A stretch of 64,000 nucleotides of DNA from assembly GCA_028289365.1 (NCBI GenBank), contig JANQQM010000038.1, positions 51,115 to 115,114 on the forward strand, read 5' to 3'. Source of the DNA: Salaquimonas sp. GTDB lineage: Bacteria > Pseudomonadota > Alphaproteobacteria > Rhizobiales > Rhizobiaceae. Numbering within the stretch: position 1 is the stretch's first letter; every line of letters starts with the position of its first letter. The notes below the pieces were generated by a model. The model was not told the DNA's origin, did not search any database, and saw nothing but the letters and a program-made list of their open reading frames with translations. A program made the position numbers and the translations under genes. Below, piece after piece: positions 8,346 to 16,518 of the stretch.

Positions 8346-9608
8346 TTATTCCTTTGGCCGTAGCGGGAATTTGAAATCGGTATCAAATTTCTTGTTGAAG
8401 TTCTCGTGGACCTCATCCATGACCTCCAATGTTTCCCAGGCATAACCCTGCATTATCCAATCCGGCGTCTCATATTTCTCGCCGCCCGGAGCTGCCTGCT
8501 GTCTTGGTGTGACAGAAGGTGGCGGGAAAGGCTGGGAATTGAGCATGGCAACCCGCGTCCTGATATCGTCCTTTGTAATATTCCAAACCATGCCATCGAC
8601 GGCGAAGTCGACCGGTCCGTCATAGGTTTCGCGAACGGCCGTAACGACATCGGGCAATGTGTCAGGGTCATTCTGGAAATGATAAGCGACTGCCCTTCTG
8701 GGTTCGGTAAGCGCCATGATCTTTCCGAAGACCGGTGCTGTCGTGTGCACCAGCGTGCTGACATAGATCGCCTCGGCAGGCTGGAATTTGTAGCGGGTGA
8801 CAAAATCCTCATTTGGCAAGAAACACTCGTGAATTGCCAGATCCGCGCCCTTGGCTTCCTTGATCCACCACTGGTTGGCGAGCGTGTCACCGGAAAAAGC
8901 GATCTTCATGCCTTTCCATTCCAGGATCAAGCTGACGGAACCTTCCAGATGAATGGCAGGAATGGTGCGGATCACGACACCATTTTCGTCATAGATGACA
9001 TTATTTTCCTTTGACCAGTCGAATTCATTGACCTGCACGGAAAGCGAACGTGTATCGAGCGCGCCCTTGCTGGTCTCGAGCATCCAGTTGTAAAATTTCA
9101 ATATGCCGTCGACAGCACTCTTCATGCCCCAATTTTCGGGCATTCCGCCGCCGCCTGGTCCCCAGACTTCAAGCGGTTTGGACCGGCCATTTTGCATGCC
9201 GTAAATCCACATCGTTGGCAGATCACCCATATGATCGGCATGCTGATGGGTGATGAATATCTTGGTCATATAGTCGAGAGGGATGCCAAGCGCATAAAGC
9301 GTGGTGAATGAACCGGTTCCCAGATCAAATATGAACTTTTCACCATTACCGAGCTCAATCAGGAAACAGGCTGCAGCCTGTTTGGTACGCGGCATCGGCA
9401 TTCCCGAACCACAGGCGATGACCCTAATCTCCTCTTCTCCAAGTTCTTCCGTCCCAGGATAGTAGACCTCCTGCGAAGGATAGGGCTTGGTGGGCGACCA
9501 GCCTTCCTGGACAACTCCGCCGCCCGCGGCCTCTGCATCGTTCGATGCCAGAAGCGGCGCACTCAGAAGCAGAGCAGCAAAGACTGCAACTAGCTTGATT
9601 GTTTTCAT
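8346..9608 (-). CDS. Secreted metallo-beta-lactamase-fold hydrolase
   Basis: It has a signal peptide (MKTIKLVAVFAALLLSAPLLASNDAEA) and the HxHxDH motif ITHQHADHMGD. I prefer the ATG at complement 9608, which has AGGA upstream, over the ORF-track start at 9626. Confidence 0.8.
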   Translation of the reverse strand: MKTIKLVAVFAALLLSAPLLASNDAEAAGGGVVQEGWSPTKPYPSQEVYYPGTEELGEEEIRVIACGSGMPMPRTKQAAACFLIELGNGEKFIFDLGTGSFTTLYALGIPLDYMTKIFITHQHADHMGDLPTMWIYGMQNGRSKPLEVWGPGGGGMPENWGMKSAVDGILKFYNWMLETSKGALDTRSLSVQVNEFDWSKENNVIYDENGVVIRTIPAIHLEGSVSLILEWKGMKIAFSGDTLANQWWIKEAKGADLAIHECFLPNEDFVTRYKFQPAEAIYVSTLVHTTAPVFGKIMALTEPRRAVAYHFQNDPDTLPDVVTAVRETYDGPVDFAVDGMVWNITKDDIRTRVAMLNSQPFPPPSVTPRQQAAPGGEKYETPDWIMQGYAWETLEVMDEVHENFNKKFDTDFKFPLRPKE

Positions 9609-9609
9609 C

Positions 9610-9870
9610 TCAATTTTCCTTTTCATGCTGATTGGGCGCCGGGTGCAGGTAGAACAAAATTTCCTTGCGAAGGGCCGACAGGCTTTCGTTGATGTTCGCC
9701 AGATATTCCCGATCCCGGGGCTTCATGCTTTCGGAACAAAATTCGAGCTCCTTTCGCAGAGCGATGAAATCAGCGCAGATTTCATCAAAAACCGCATTGG
9801 TCCTGCGTAATTTGGCGATTTGCATTTCGAAGCCGGGAAATGCTTGTCCCAATGTGTCATCTCCGGTCAT
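9610..9870 (-). CDS. Small helical protein, possibly DUF465/YdcH-like
   Basis: 86 aa. Its stop lies 1 nt before the preferred MBL start, suggesting an operon. IAKLRRTNAVFDEICADFIALRKEL resembles the DUF465 pattern. There is no other support. Confidence 0.4.
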   Translation of the reverse strand: MTGDDTLGQAFPGFEMQIAKLRRTNAVFDEICADFIALRKELEFCSESMKPRDREYLANINESLSALRKEILFYLHPAPNQHEKEN

Positions 9871-9973
9871 CGCTTCGATTCCGTAGCGGGTGACATTGGG
9901 AAATTCTGCTCTATTGTGTGGGAGAGGAAACCGTATAAAACCGCTTGCTACGGTAGCATTTGCAAATAACCAG

Positions 9974-11329
9974 ATGAATGATCACGCCAACCAAGCTGAA
10001 TCATCGAACGGTGAGGAATACCGGAAACTCAAGCCGGAAGCCCAGGAAATCCTTGACGCTGTGGCGCGTCTGAACGCGTCGAAAGGGCTTTCGGGATCGC
10101 GACGCTTGAAGGGGTTCCTGGAATATGTCGTCGAGGAAACGCTAGCAGGCCGCGGCGATGCGATCCGGGCGAAGACACTGGCCATGGACGTCTACCACTA
10201 TCCTTCCGATCAGGTGATACAGCGTGAAAATGTAATCAGGGTAGATGCTGGCCGGTTACGCCGCCGGATGAGCGATTATTACAAGGATGCCGGGCTAAAT
10301 GATCCGCTGGAAATTGTTCTGCCTGTAGGCAGTTATACTCCGGAATTTAAACTGCGCTCCAGTCCGCAACCGGCACAAAAACCTCCCGTATCGAGACTAT
10401 CATATCTTTTGGCGATGGGCGCCGCGGTTATCCTGGTGGTCATTTTGACAATGATGGTGGTTCCCCATTGGCTCAATGAAACGTCGCGTCAGCGGGATGC
10501 AACCGGGTTTGATAATTCAAACCAAAAACGAACAGCTATATTCGAGGCCTCTCCTTCCCGGCTACAGGCGGTTAACCTGGCTGCTGAGGGCCGTGATCTC
10601 ATTTTCCCTGCAATCGAGCCTAACCGTCTAAAGGCAGCATTGCTGGTTTTTGAATCTGCAATCTCCTTGGATGCAAGCTATTTCGGTGGATTTGCCGGTG
10701 CTGCACAAGTTCATGGTCTGGTGGCATTGGTATCGAATGACCCGGAACTGGTGGAGACCTCCCTGGCGCAAGCAGCGGAGCGTGCCAACCGGGCTGCTGC
10801 CCTATCCCCTGAATCTGCTTGGAGTCAATCGGCTCTAGCCATGGTTGAATTTGCACAACAAAATTGGGACGAGGCAAAATCGCTTTCGGACCGGGCCATG
10901 AAAATTGACCCCGACGATCCGCATCTGATCGAATTTGATGCCTTGATCTCTTTATTCTCCGGTGATTTCGATCGTGTGCTGGCGGTGGTCGGCGAGGTCG
11001 TGAAATCGGACAAGGACGGATCGGGCTTCGTTTTTGAAAATGCTCTGGGTTCGGCAAAATTCCATACTGGCGATTTTGAAGGTGCGATTCAGACGTTTGA
11101 AGATGCAATTGCGGGTGGCGCACCCACTGGCCCGGTTTCTGTTGCCTATTTGACGGCTGCCCATTATCGGCTGGGAAATACGGCCAAGGCGGAGGAGCTT
11201 GCCAGAAAATACCAGGAAATCTCGCCGCACCAGGGAGTGGAAGTCCTGTTCAGCCGGCTATTCAAAAATCCCGAAGACGCCGATCAGCTCGTTCAAGCCA
11301 TAAATGGCGCGAGAGACTTGCTGGACTAG
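9974..11329 (+). CDS. Membrane-anchored regulator-like protein: CadC/OmpR-type wHTH-like N-terminus, one TM, periplasmic TPR domain
   Basis: ATG at 9974 (ORF track GTG at 9890). NVIRVDAGRLRRRMSDYYKDAGLNDPLEIVLPVGSYTPEF resembles the trans_reg_C wing. The TM segment is LSYLLAMGAAVILVVILTMMVV. The C-terminal part has TPR-like repeats. Confidence 0.6.
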   Translation: MNDHANQAESSNGEEYRKLKPEAQEILDAVARLNASKGLSGSRRLKGFLEYVVEETLAGRGDAIRAKTLAMDVYHYPSDQVIQRENVIRVDAGRLRRRMSDYYKDAGLNDPLEIVLPVGSYTPEFKLRSSPQPAQKPPVSRLSYLLAMGAAVILVVILTMMVVPHWLNETSRQRDATGFDNSNQKRTAIFEASPSRLQAVNLAAEGRDLIFPAIEPNRLKAALLVFESAISLDASYFGGFAGAAQVHGLVALVSNDPELVETSLAQAAERANRAAALSPESAWSQSALAMVEFAQQNWDEAKSLSDRAMKIDPDDPHLIEFDALISLFSGDFDRVLAVVGEVVKSDKDGSGFVFENALGSAKFHTGDFEGAIQTFEDAIAGGAPTGPVSVAYLTAAHYRLGNTAKAEELARKYQEISPHQGVEVLFSRLFKNPEDADQLVQAINGARDLLD

Positions 11330-11378
11330 GCCTCATCAAATTCGTGATATTTGATTCCATCAGTTGCCAAGAAAAATC

Positions 11379-11455
11379 TGGCGATCCCGGCAGGATTCGA
11401 ACCTGCGACCATCGGCTTAGAAGGCCGGTGCTCTATCCAGCTGAGCTACGGGACC
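11379..11455 (-). tRNA. tRNA-Arg (anticodon TCT)
   Basis: The reverse complement GGTCCCGTAGCTCAGCTGGATAGAGCACCGGCCTTCTAAGCCGATGGTCGCAGGTTCGAATCCTGCCGGGATCGCCA folds as a cloverleaf. It has a 7-bp acceptor stem, GCTC/GAGC D stem, CTTCTAA anticodon loop, GCAGG/CCTGC T stem and an encoded CCA. Confidence 0.95.
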
Positions 11456-11720
11456 GGTGGTTGATGCTTACAACACAATCCTGAAAATTTTTATAGACCC
11501 TGATTCAGATATTCCCTGCGAATTGAAATCCCGACGGATTCTTTTCGTTCCATACTGCCCAATCAATCTATTTTCTACCTATAGTGGATATAATAATCCA
11601 ATTGATAACTGATAGTAGTATTTTCATGTCATGTAATATTCATACTTCGTTTATTAAGAAAATACTGTATATTTTCTATGATTCGTTTCTGTCTCTGTAT
11701 TCAAAAAAATTGATAATGGA

Positions 11721-11924
11721 ATGGATGAAAAACTCGTAGAAAAAATTATAAAATACAAAAAATCTGGCGCGAAACTTATGTTCAGGCAAAGAAATTCTGA
11801 TGAACAGCGCCTGAAATTACGGCATGGTCCAGCGGGCATATTTGTGAAGCGATTTGACATGGATAATGAAACAGCGCAAATGATCAAGAATAGATTGAAA
11901 AATCTTGATAAAAATATTGCTTAA
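11721..11924 (+). CDS. Hypothetical small Lys-rich protein
   Basis: 67-aa ORF in a very A+T-rich tract. No motif was recognised, so it may not be coding. Confidence 0.25.
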   Translation: MDEKLVEKIIKYKKSGAKLMFRQRNSDEQRLKLRHGPAGIFVKRFDMDNETAQMIKNRLKNLDKNIA

Positions 11925-11961
11925 ATATTAGATACTTGCTGGAACTATTTTAAGTAGCGAA

Positions 11962-12399
11962 TCAATCGCTGGCGCTATCGTCTCCGCCTGTCAGGATCAT
12001 ATACCCAATTCCCGCAAAACCTGCGATTACCGGATAAGGTCCGAGACCCGCCGCAACTGGCCTTCTAGACACACGAACACAAAGCTGGCTTTGAATTTCA
12101 GTCACCGTCAATTCGGTATTTTCCCCGAGGTCAAGCGAACATTCATAAGAGAAATCAGCACGCGCCGCCGAGGCGGGGCCTACCACAAGCTGGGATCCAT
12201 TGGGAAGCGGTGTGCCAACCAATGCCGGTTGGAGCCCGCTAAAGGAAGATGCCCGGACGACGCCACGGACAAACTCAACCTGCCCCAGTGTCTGAAGCGG
12301 AAGCACGCAATCACAATCCTGCTGGTCTTGCGCAAAGCCAGAGGAAGCCGCAGTGGATGCAACAAGAAAAGCCGCAAGGCGAATAATGAATTGCTTCAT
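11962..12399 (-). CDS. Small secreted/anchored protein, paralogue A (FecR-like beta pattern, C-terminal TM + GGDDSASD tail)
   Basis: 145 aa with a signal peptide ending GFAQ and a CDC motif. It has the pattern G-V..S..GL.PA..G..L..GSQ.VVG..SA...F..EC..L..NTELTV....QLCVRV. The C-terminal hydrophobic helix is followed by GGDDSASD. It is a paralogue of 12738..13214. Confidence 0.7.
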   Translation of the reverse strand: MKQFIIRLAAFLVASTAASSGFAQDQQDCDCVLPLQTLGQVEFVRGVVRASSFSGLQPALVGTPLPNGSQLVVGPASAARADFSYECSLDLGENTELTVTEIQSQLCVRVSRRPVAAGLGPYPVIAGFAGIGYMILTGGDDSASD

Positions 12400-12737
12400 C
12401 TATTTTCCGCCTTTCCAGTCTCAATCTTGCGGTCAAATAATGAATTGCGTTGATAATGATCCAAAAATGCCCAATCCAAGTAAAAATTTTATTAAAAAAG
12501 TGTCAATTAGCGTCATCTCGATCGCATAAAGAACAAAAGTCTGACATCCCGATTGCCATTTGATAATACGAGATGCCGTGCTTCGCTGTTGCAACGCAGC
12601 AACATAGAATGAATTTTCAAATTTTTTGTTTTTGGACCCTGTTCTACAATTCGTAATCGCTCTATGGTTGCAGTCAATAACAATAAATAATTTATCAGGG
12701 CTTTGGCTTTTTTAGCAGGGGCAAGGGAATTTTTAAC

Positions 12738-13214
12738 ATGAGACGTACCGTGTTCAGCACAATTGCGGCTGTAAGTGTAGGCGTATTTACTGCGTTGAAT
12801 TTTACACAAGAAGCTGCATCACAGGAAATTTGCGATTGTATTGTCGGAGAAGCCGGCACTTTGGATAGCGCTGCAGGCGTCGTTCAAATGTCCGGAGCCA
12901 ATGGACTGGGACCTGCACAACAGGGTGCTGTTCTGGGAAGCGGCTCACAGGTCGTTGTCGGCGCTGGTTCTGCGACCGTCAATTTTGGCCAGGAATGCGA
13001 TGTGGCACTTTTGGGCGTTAATACCGAGCTGACTGTCAGCCCGCTTGATAACGGCCAACTCTGCGTCCGCGTGACCTCAGACAATGGCGTGGTTGTTGGT
13101 GAAGTCACACCGGATCTCAACCCGTTGTCAGTCTTGCTGGCAGGCGGTGCAATTGCCGGTATCATCTGGGCGATTGATGAAGCGTCGGGCGGTGACGATT
13201 CAGCAAGTGACTGA
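12738..13214 (+). CDS. Small secreted/anchored protein, paralogue B (FecR-like beta pattern, C-terminal TM + GGDDSASD tail)
   Basis: 158 aa with the same four conserved Cys, the same NTELTV/QLCVRV block, the same TM helix and an identical GGDDSASD end. The tail uses different codons from paralogue A. Confidence 0.7.
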   Translation: MRRTVFSTIAAVSVGVFTALNFTQEAASQEICDCIVGEAGTLDSAAGVVQMSGANGLGPAQQGAVLGSGSQVVVGAGSATVNFGQECDVALLGVNTELTVSPLDNGQLCVRVTSDNGVVVGEVTPDLNPLSVLLAGGAIAGIIWAIDEASGGDDSASD

Positions 13215-13280
13215 ACCGGATTCTGACCACGCTGAAACAAGTTAGATTCCGGTCTGCCGGATTACGATGGTCAATATCAA

Positions 13281-14060
13281 GTGATCGATCTTCATTGCCA
13301 TATTCTGCCAGCAATAGATGATGGAGCTCCGGATATTGAAACGTCGGTTCTGATGGCGAAAATGGCTTATGAGGCAGGCACGAGATTTATTGCCTGCACG
13401 CCACATATCGTTCCTGGAAAATATGACAATCAAGCTTCAAATATCGGACCCTTGGTACGAAAATTACAAAAGGAGCTTGATCGGCAGGAAATCGGCGTAA
13501 CCCTGGCCATAGGTGCGGATATTCATATCACACCCGATATCGTTGACGGACTACAATCCGGGCGACTGCCAACGCTTGCCGGCAGCCGATATTTTCTACT
13601 CGAGCCGTCACATCATGTGCTGTCGCCAAATCTGGTAAAATTCTGCATGCAAATCATGTCATCCGGATATGTGCCTATCTTGACGCACCCCGAAAGGTTG
13701 ACCTGGATCACAGGCCATTACGACGTGATCTGCGCGCTAGATGAAGCAGGCGTTCTGATGCAACTGACTGCCGGCTCAATAACCGGAAGATTTGGCAGTG
13801 CCGCCCGCGAGTGGTCGATGCGAATGCTCGAGGAGGAGCGCGTGGATCTGATTGCCAGCGACGGCCATGATACGAGAAAAAGACCACCGGTAATGTCCAG
13901 CGCTGCCAGTCAGATCAAGGACCTGGTCGGTGAGGTAGCAGCAAAGAGAATCTGTGTTGACGTTCCGAAGTCCATTCTCTTGAATGAGACCGTGATAAAA
14001 GTCTCTAAAGGAGCAGCTGGCAGAAAGCCGAAAGCCAAATCGAAATTGGGCTGGTTGTAA
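13281..14060 (+). CDS. PHP-family (CpsB/YwqE-type) protein-tyrosine phosphatase
   Basis: 259 aa with a GTG start. It has the N-terminal MIDLHCHILPAIDDGA motif, ACTPHI, and the later LTHPER and ASDGHD metal-binding motifs typical of CpsB phosphatases. Confidence 0.85.
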   Translation: MIDLHCHILPAIDDGAPDIETSVLMAKMAYEAGTRFIACTPHIVPGKYDNQASNIGPLVRKLQKELDRQEIGVTLAIGADIHITPDIVDGLQSGRLPTLAGSRYFLLEPSHHVLSPNLVKFCMQIMSSGYVPILTHPERLTWITGHYDVICALDEAGVLMQLTAGSITGRFGSAAREWSMRMLEEERVDLIASDGHDTRKRPPVMSSAASQIKDLVGEVAAKRICVDVPKSILLNETVIKVSKGAAGRKPKAKSKLGWL

Positions 14061-14286
14061 GCGGGGATTTCGTGCCGATTGTAATTTGCAATTTGCTGAT
14101 AACGCTTCGATACAAAAATTGAACCGTAGAAAGTTGCTCCGGTAGTGAACGATGGTATTGTGGATATATTCGGGAAATTCAATAACCATATCAAAGACTG
14201 TCGAAAATATGAATTGATGTAATTAAATGCGGTTGCTCTTTGGTTTATTTGCTAATGTACGCAGAATTGATTCGCGAAAGCTGACC

Positions 14287-14814
14287 ATGAACGCACAATT
14301 TGAAGTTGAACCGATAACATTACCAGATTGGTTTGTGATCGCGACCTTGCCAAGGAAAGAAATACTTGCTTGCGATCAACTTCGTAACCAAGGCATTGAT
14401 GTGTTTTTACCAACCAGGCGCAAGACAGTCCATCATGCCAGGCGGGCAAAGACCATCTTCGCACCGCTTTTTCCGAACTATCTTTTTGCAAGCATGGAAG
14501 CCGGTCCGGCGGTGATCCGATCGATCAATGGAACGCGCGGCGTAAATTACATATTGACCAGTGGCGAGGTCCCGACGCCACTACCTGCCGGCTTTGTTGA
14601 ATCCCTGGCGGCCAATCTCAATCAGGATGGTACAATCAATTTCATCCCGAATTTGAAACCTGGCGATCGCATAGAGTTTGCTTGCGGGCCGTTTGCTCGC
14701 CAGATCGGCGAGTTGCTAGCCCTTGATGAGCGGGGTCGTGTCAGTGTTTTGCTGGAGATGCTCGGGTCGCATATACCGGTAAAGGCGAGTGTAACGGATA
14801 TCCTGCCCGCCTGA
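14287..14814 (+). CDS. NusG-family specialised paralogue (RfaH-like transcription antiterminator)
   Basis: ATG at 14287. The NGN domain is WFVIATLPRKEILACDQLRNQGIDVFLP...PLFPNYLFA. The C-terminal KOW-like part is GDRIEFACGPFARQIGELLALDERGRVSVLLEMLG. Confidence 0.8.
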   Translation: MNAQFEVEPITLPDWFVIATLPRKEILACDQLRNQGIDVFLPTRRKTVHHARRAKTIFAPLFPNYLFASMEAGPAVIRSINGTRGVNYILTSGEVPTPLPAGFVESLAANLNQDGTINFIPNLKPGDRIEFACGPFARQIGELLALDERGRVSVLLEMLGSHIPVKASVTDILPA

Positions 14815-14929
14815 TCCCTGGAGCGGAAATCCGTTAACCGGATGATAGGGGTCTGGCAGGCGGAAAATTAACTGTTTGCTGCGAGATTGTCGGTGGGCAA
14901 GCACCGCCAGCATTCCAGATCAACAATGT

Positions 14930-14941
14930 GGCAGTAGGTGT
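14930..14941 (+). promoter_or_regulatory. ops-like element in the leader of the glycosyl-phosphate transferase gene (speculative)
   Basis: GGCAGTAGGTGT against enterobacterial ops GGCGGTAGnnTG matches 7 of 8 core positions (G4 is A). It lies about 20 nt upstream of ATG 14959 and directly downstream of the NusG-paralogue gene. Confidence 0.25.
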
Positions 14942-14958
14942 TTGGCGGGCGCTGCAAC

Positions 14959-16284
14959 ATGAATACAATACAAACAGCACGGTTTCTGGGCGTAAGGTCG
15001 CAATCTCCACCGTTGATAACCCGTGTGCGGTTTCAACTGCTTGGTGGATTGGTTTTTTGCGTCATTTTACCCGGCCTGCTCCGAAGCGGATCGGGCGCAA
15101 TTGCAGCCACACAGACTTCCGCCAACAATGCCCTGATCGGCGCCGCGATCGCGTTTGTGATTTCATACTACTTCTATCGAAGGATCGACAATTTCCCAGG
15201 CGTGAAAGCGGGCACCCATGTTTTCCTTTCGGTCATTCTGCCCTTTTCAACCATGGCAATCCTCTTCCTGATGCTGCGGCTCGACTATAGCCGGGCAATA
15301 TTCCTCTCCAGTTTTGCTGCCAGCCTGGTTTGGTTGATCGGACTTCAATTGCTGACCTCACGATTGATCAAGAGGTCTGTCTCAATCGTACCAGGCGGCA
15401 ATGCCGGTGCGCTCGATAAGCTGCCGAACATTGACTGGTCGGTGTTGAAGTCGCCGCCGAAGAATCTCGACAGAATACAGGCCGTCGCCGTTGACTTGAG
15501 AAGTGATCTTGATCCCGAGTGGGAGGGTTTCCTGGCAAATTGTGTGCTGGCCGGCAAACCCGTCTATCATTCGAAACAGCTGGTTGAGTCCATAACCGGC
15601 AAGGTTGACATCGAACATCTTTCCGAAAACGGATTTGGTTCACTTCTGCCCAATCTTGCCTATCTGAAGTTAAAGCAGATTGTCGATATAGGCGCAGCAT
15701 TCGTGCTCCTGCCATTCTTTGGAATTGTCTGCGTGTTTGTGGCCCCGCTCATCTATTTCAACTCCGGCTGGCCGGTGTTTTTTGTACAGGAGCGTATCGG
15801 GCATCGGGGCAAGTTGTTCAAAGTCTACAAATTTCGAACCATGAGCGCGAACCCGGTTCCGATAGCCGATGAAGGTGAAGAAAAATCGAACAAAGGCGAA
15901 GATATCGCTGTTGCCATGACTCAGGACAAGGATCCGAGAATAACGGCAATTGGCAAATTTTTGCGTAAATATCGCATTGATGAAATGCCGCAGATTCTGA
16001 ATATTCTGAGGGGTGAGATGAGCTGGATCGGTCCGCGACCCGAGGCGGTGACACTTGCAAAGTGGTATGAGGAGGACCTTGCGTTTTATCCCTATCGGCA
16101 CATTGTCAGACCCGGAATTTCTGGTTGGGCCCAGGTCAATCAAGGCCATGTCACCTCTCAAGAACAGGTGCTTGAAAAACTGCACTATGATTTTTTCTAC
16201 ATCAAATATCTTTCACCCTGGCTGGACCTTATCATCCTGGTTCGAACCATCAGAACGATGATGTTTGGTGTCGGGGCAAAATAG
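14959..16284 (+). CDS. Undecaprenyl-phosphate sugar phosphotransferase (WbaP/ExoY-class initiating enzyme)
   Basis: Multi-TM N-terminus plus a bacterial sugar-transferase domain: PVFFVQERIGHRGKLFKVYKFRTM, DPRITAIGKFLRKYRIDEMPQILNILRGEMSWIGPRP, GISGWAQVNQ. Confidence 0.9.
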   Translation: MNTIQTARFLGVRSQSPPLITRVRFQLLGGLVFCVILPGLLRSGSGAIAATQTSANNALIGAAIAFVISYYFYRRIDNFPGVKAGTHVFLSVILPFSTMAILFLMLRLDYSRAIFLSSFAASLVWLIGLQLLTSRLIKRSVSIVPGGNAGALDKLPNIDWSVLKSPPKNLDRIQAVAVDLRSDLDPEWEGFLANCVLAGKPVYHSKQLVESITGKVDIEHLSENGFGSLLPNLAYLKLKQIVDIGAAFVLLPFFGIVCVFVAPLIYFNSGWPVFFVQERIGHRGKLFKVYKFRTMSANPVPIADEGEEKSNKGEDIAVAMTQDKDPRITAIGKFLRKYRIDEMPQILNILRGEMSWIGPRPEAVTLAKWYEEDLAFYPYRHIVRPGISGWAQVNQGHVTSQEQVLEKLHYDFFYIKYLSPWLDLIILVRTIRTMMFGVGAK

Positions 16285-16518
16285 CCCGCCAATTCACAGT
16301 CAGCTGGAAGGTGGATATCCGGTTATCACACGTCCGAAAAACTGGGCGTAGTCTACTTACATAAACTGTTACTGTTAATTGAATGGTCAGACCAGATGGG
16401 ATATATAGTTTGACGGCGGCTGATTTGGAAATCAGGTTAATATATACGTTACAATTTCTGGACTAATAATAGCATTATGCGGTGTACTTGCGGACCAGTG
16501 ACGAAGCTATTGAGTCTC

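Noticed and set aside
8346-9608. The MBL-fold protein as an alkyl/aryl sulfatase linked to the sulfation theme
   Set aside because: It is much shorter than SdsA1-type MBL sulfatases and lacks their C-terminal SCP-2-like region. Only the generic HxHxDH motif is shared.
9951-9957. Additional partial ops-like hits: CGGTAGC at 9951 (17 nt before ATG 9974), CCGGTAG at 14139 (upstream of the NusG paralogue) and GGCGGTGG near 53767
   Set aside because: These are only 6-7 nt matches. A given 7-mer is expected several times per strand in 64 kb by chance, so they cannot be supported without genome-wide statistics.
11379-12737. A classical tRNA-integrated genomic island or prophage
   Set aside because: No integrase, excisionase or phage gene is present. 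I spotted no direct repeat of the tRNA 3-prime end by eye. The A+T-rich tract is on the 5-prime side of the tRNA. It is kept only as a compositional-boundary observation.
11962-13214. A PEP-CTERM / exosortase-type sorting signal on the two small paralogues
   Set aside because: There is no PEP motif and no basic C-terminal cluster; the tail is acidic (GGDDSASD). I could not recognise an exosortase or rhombosortase gene in the window.
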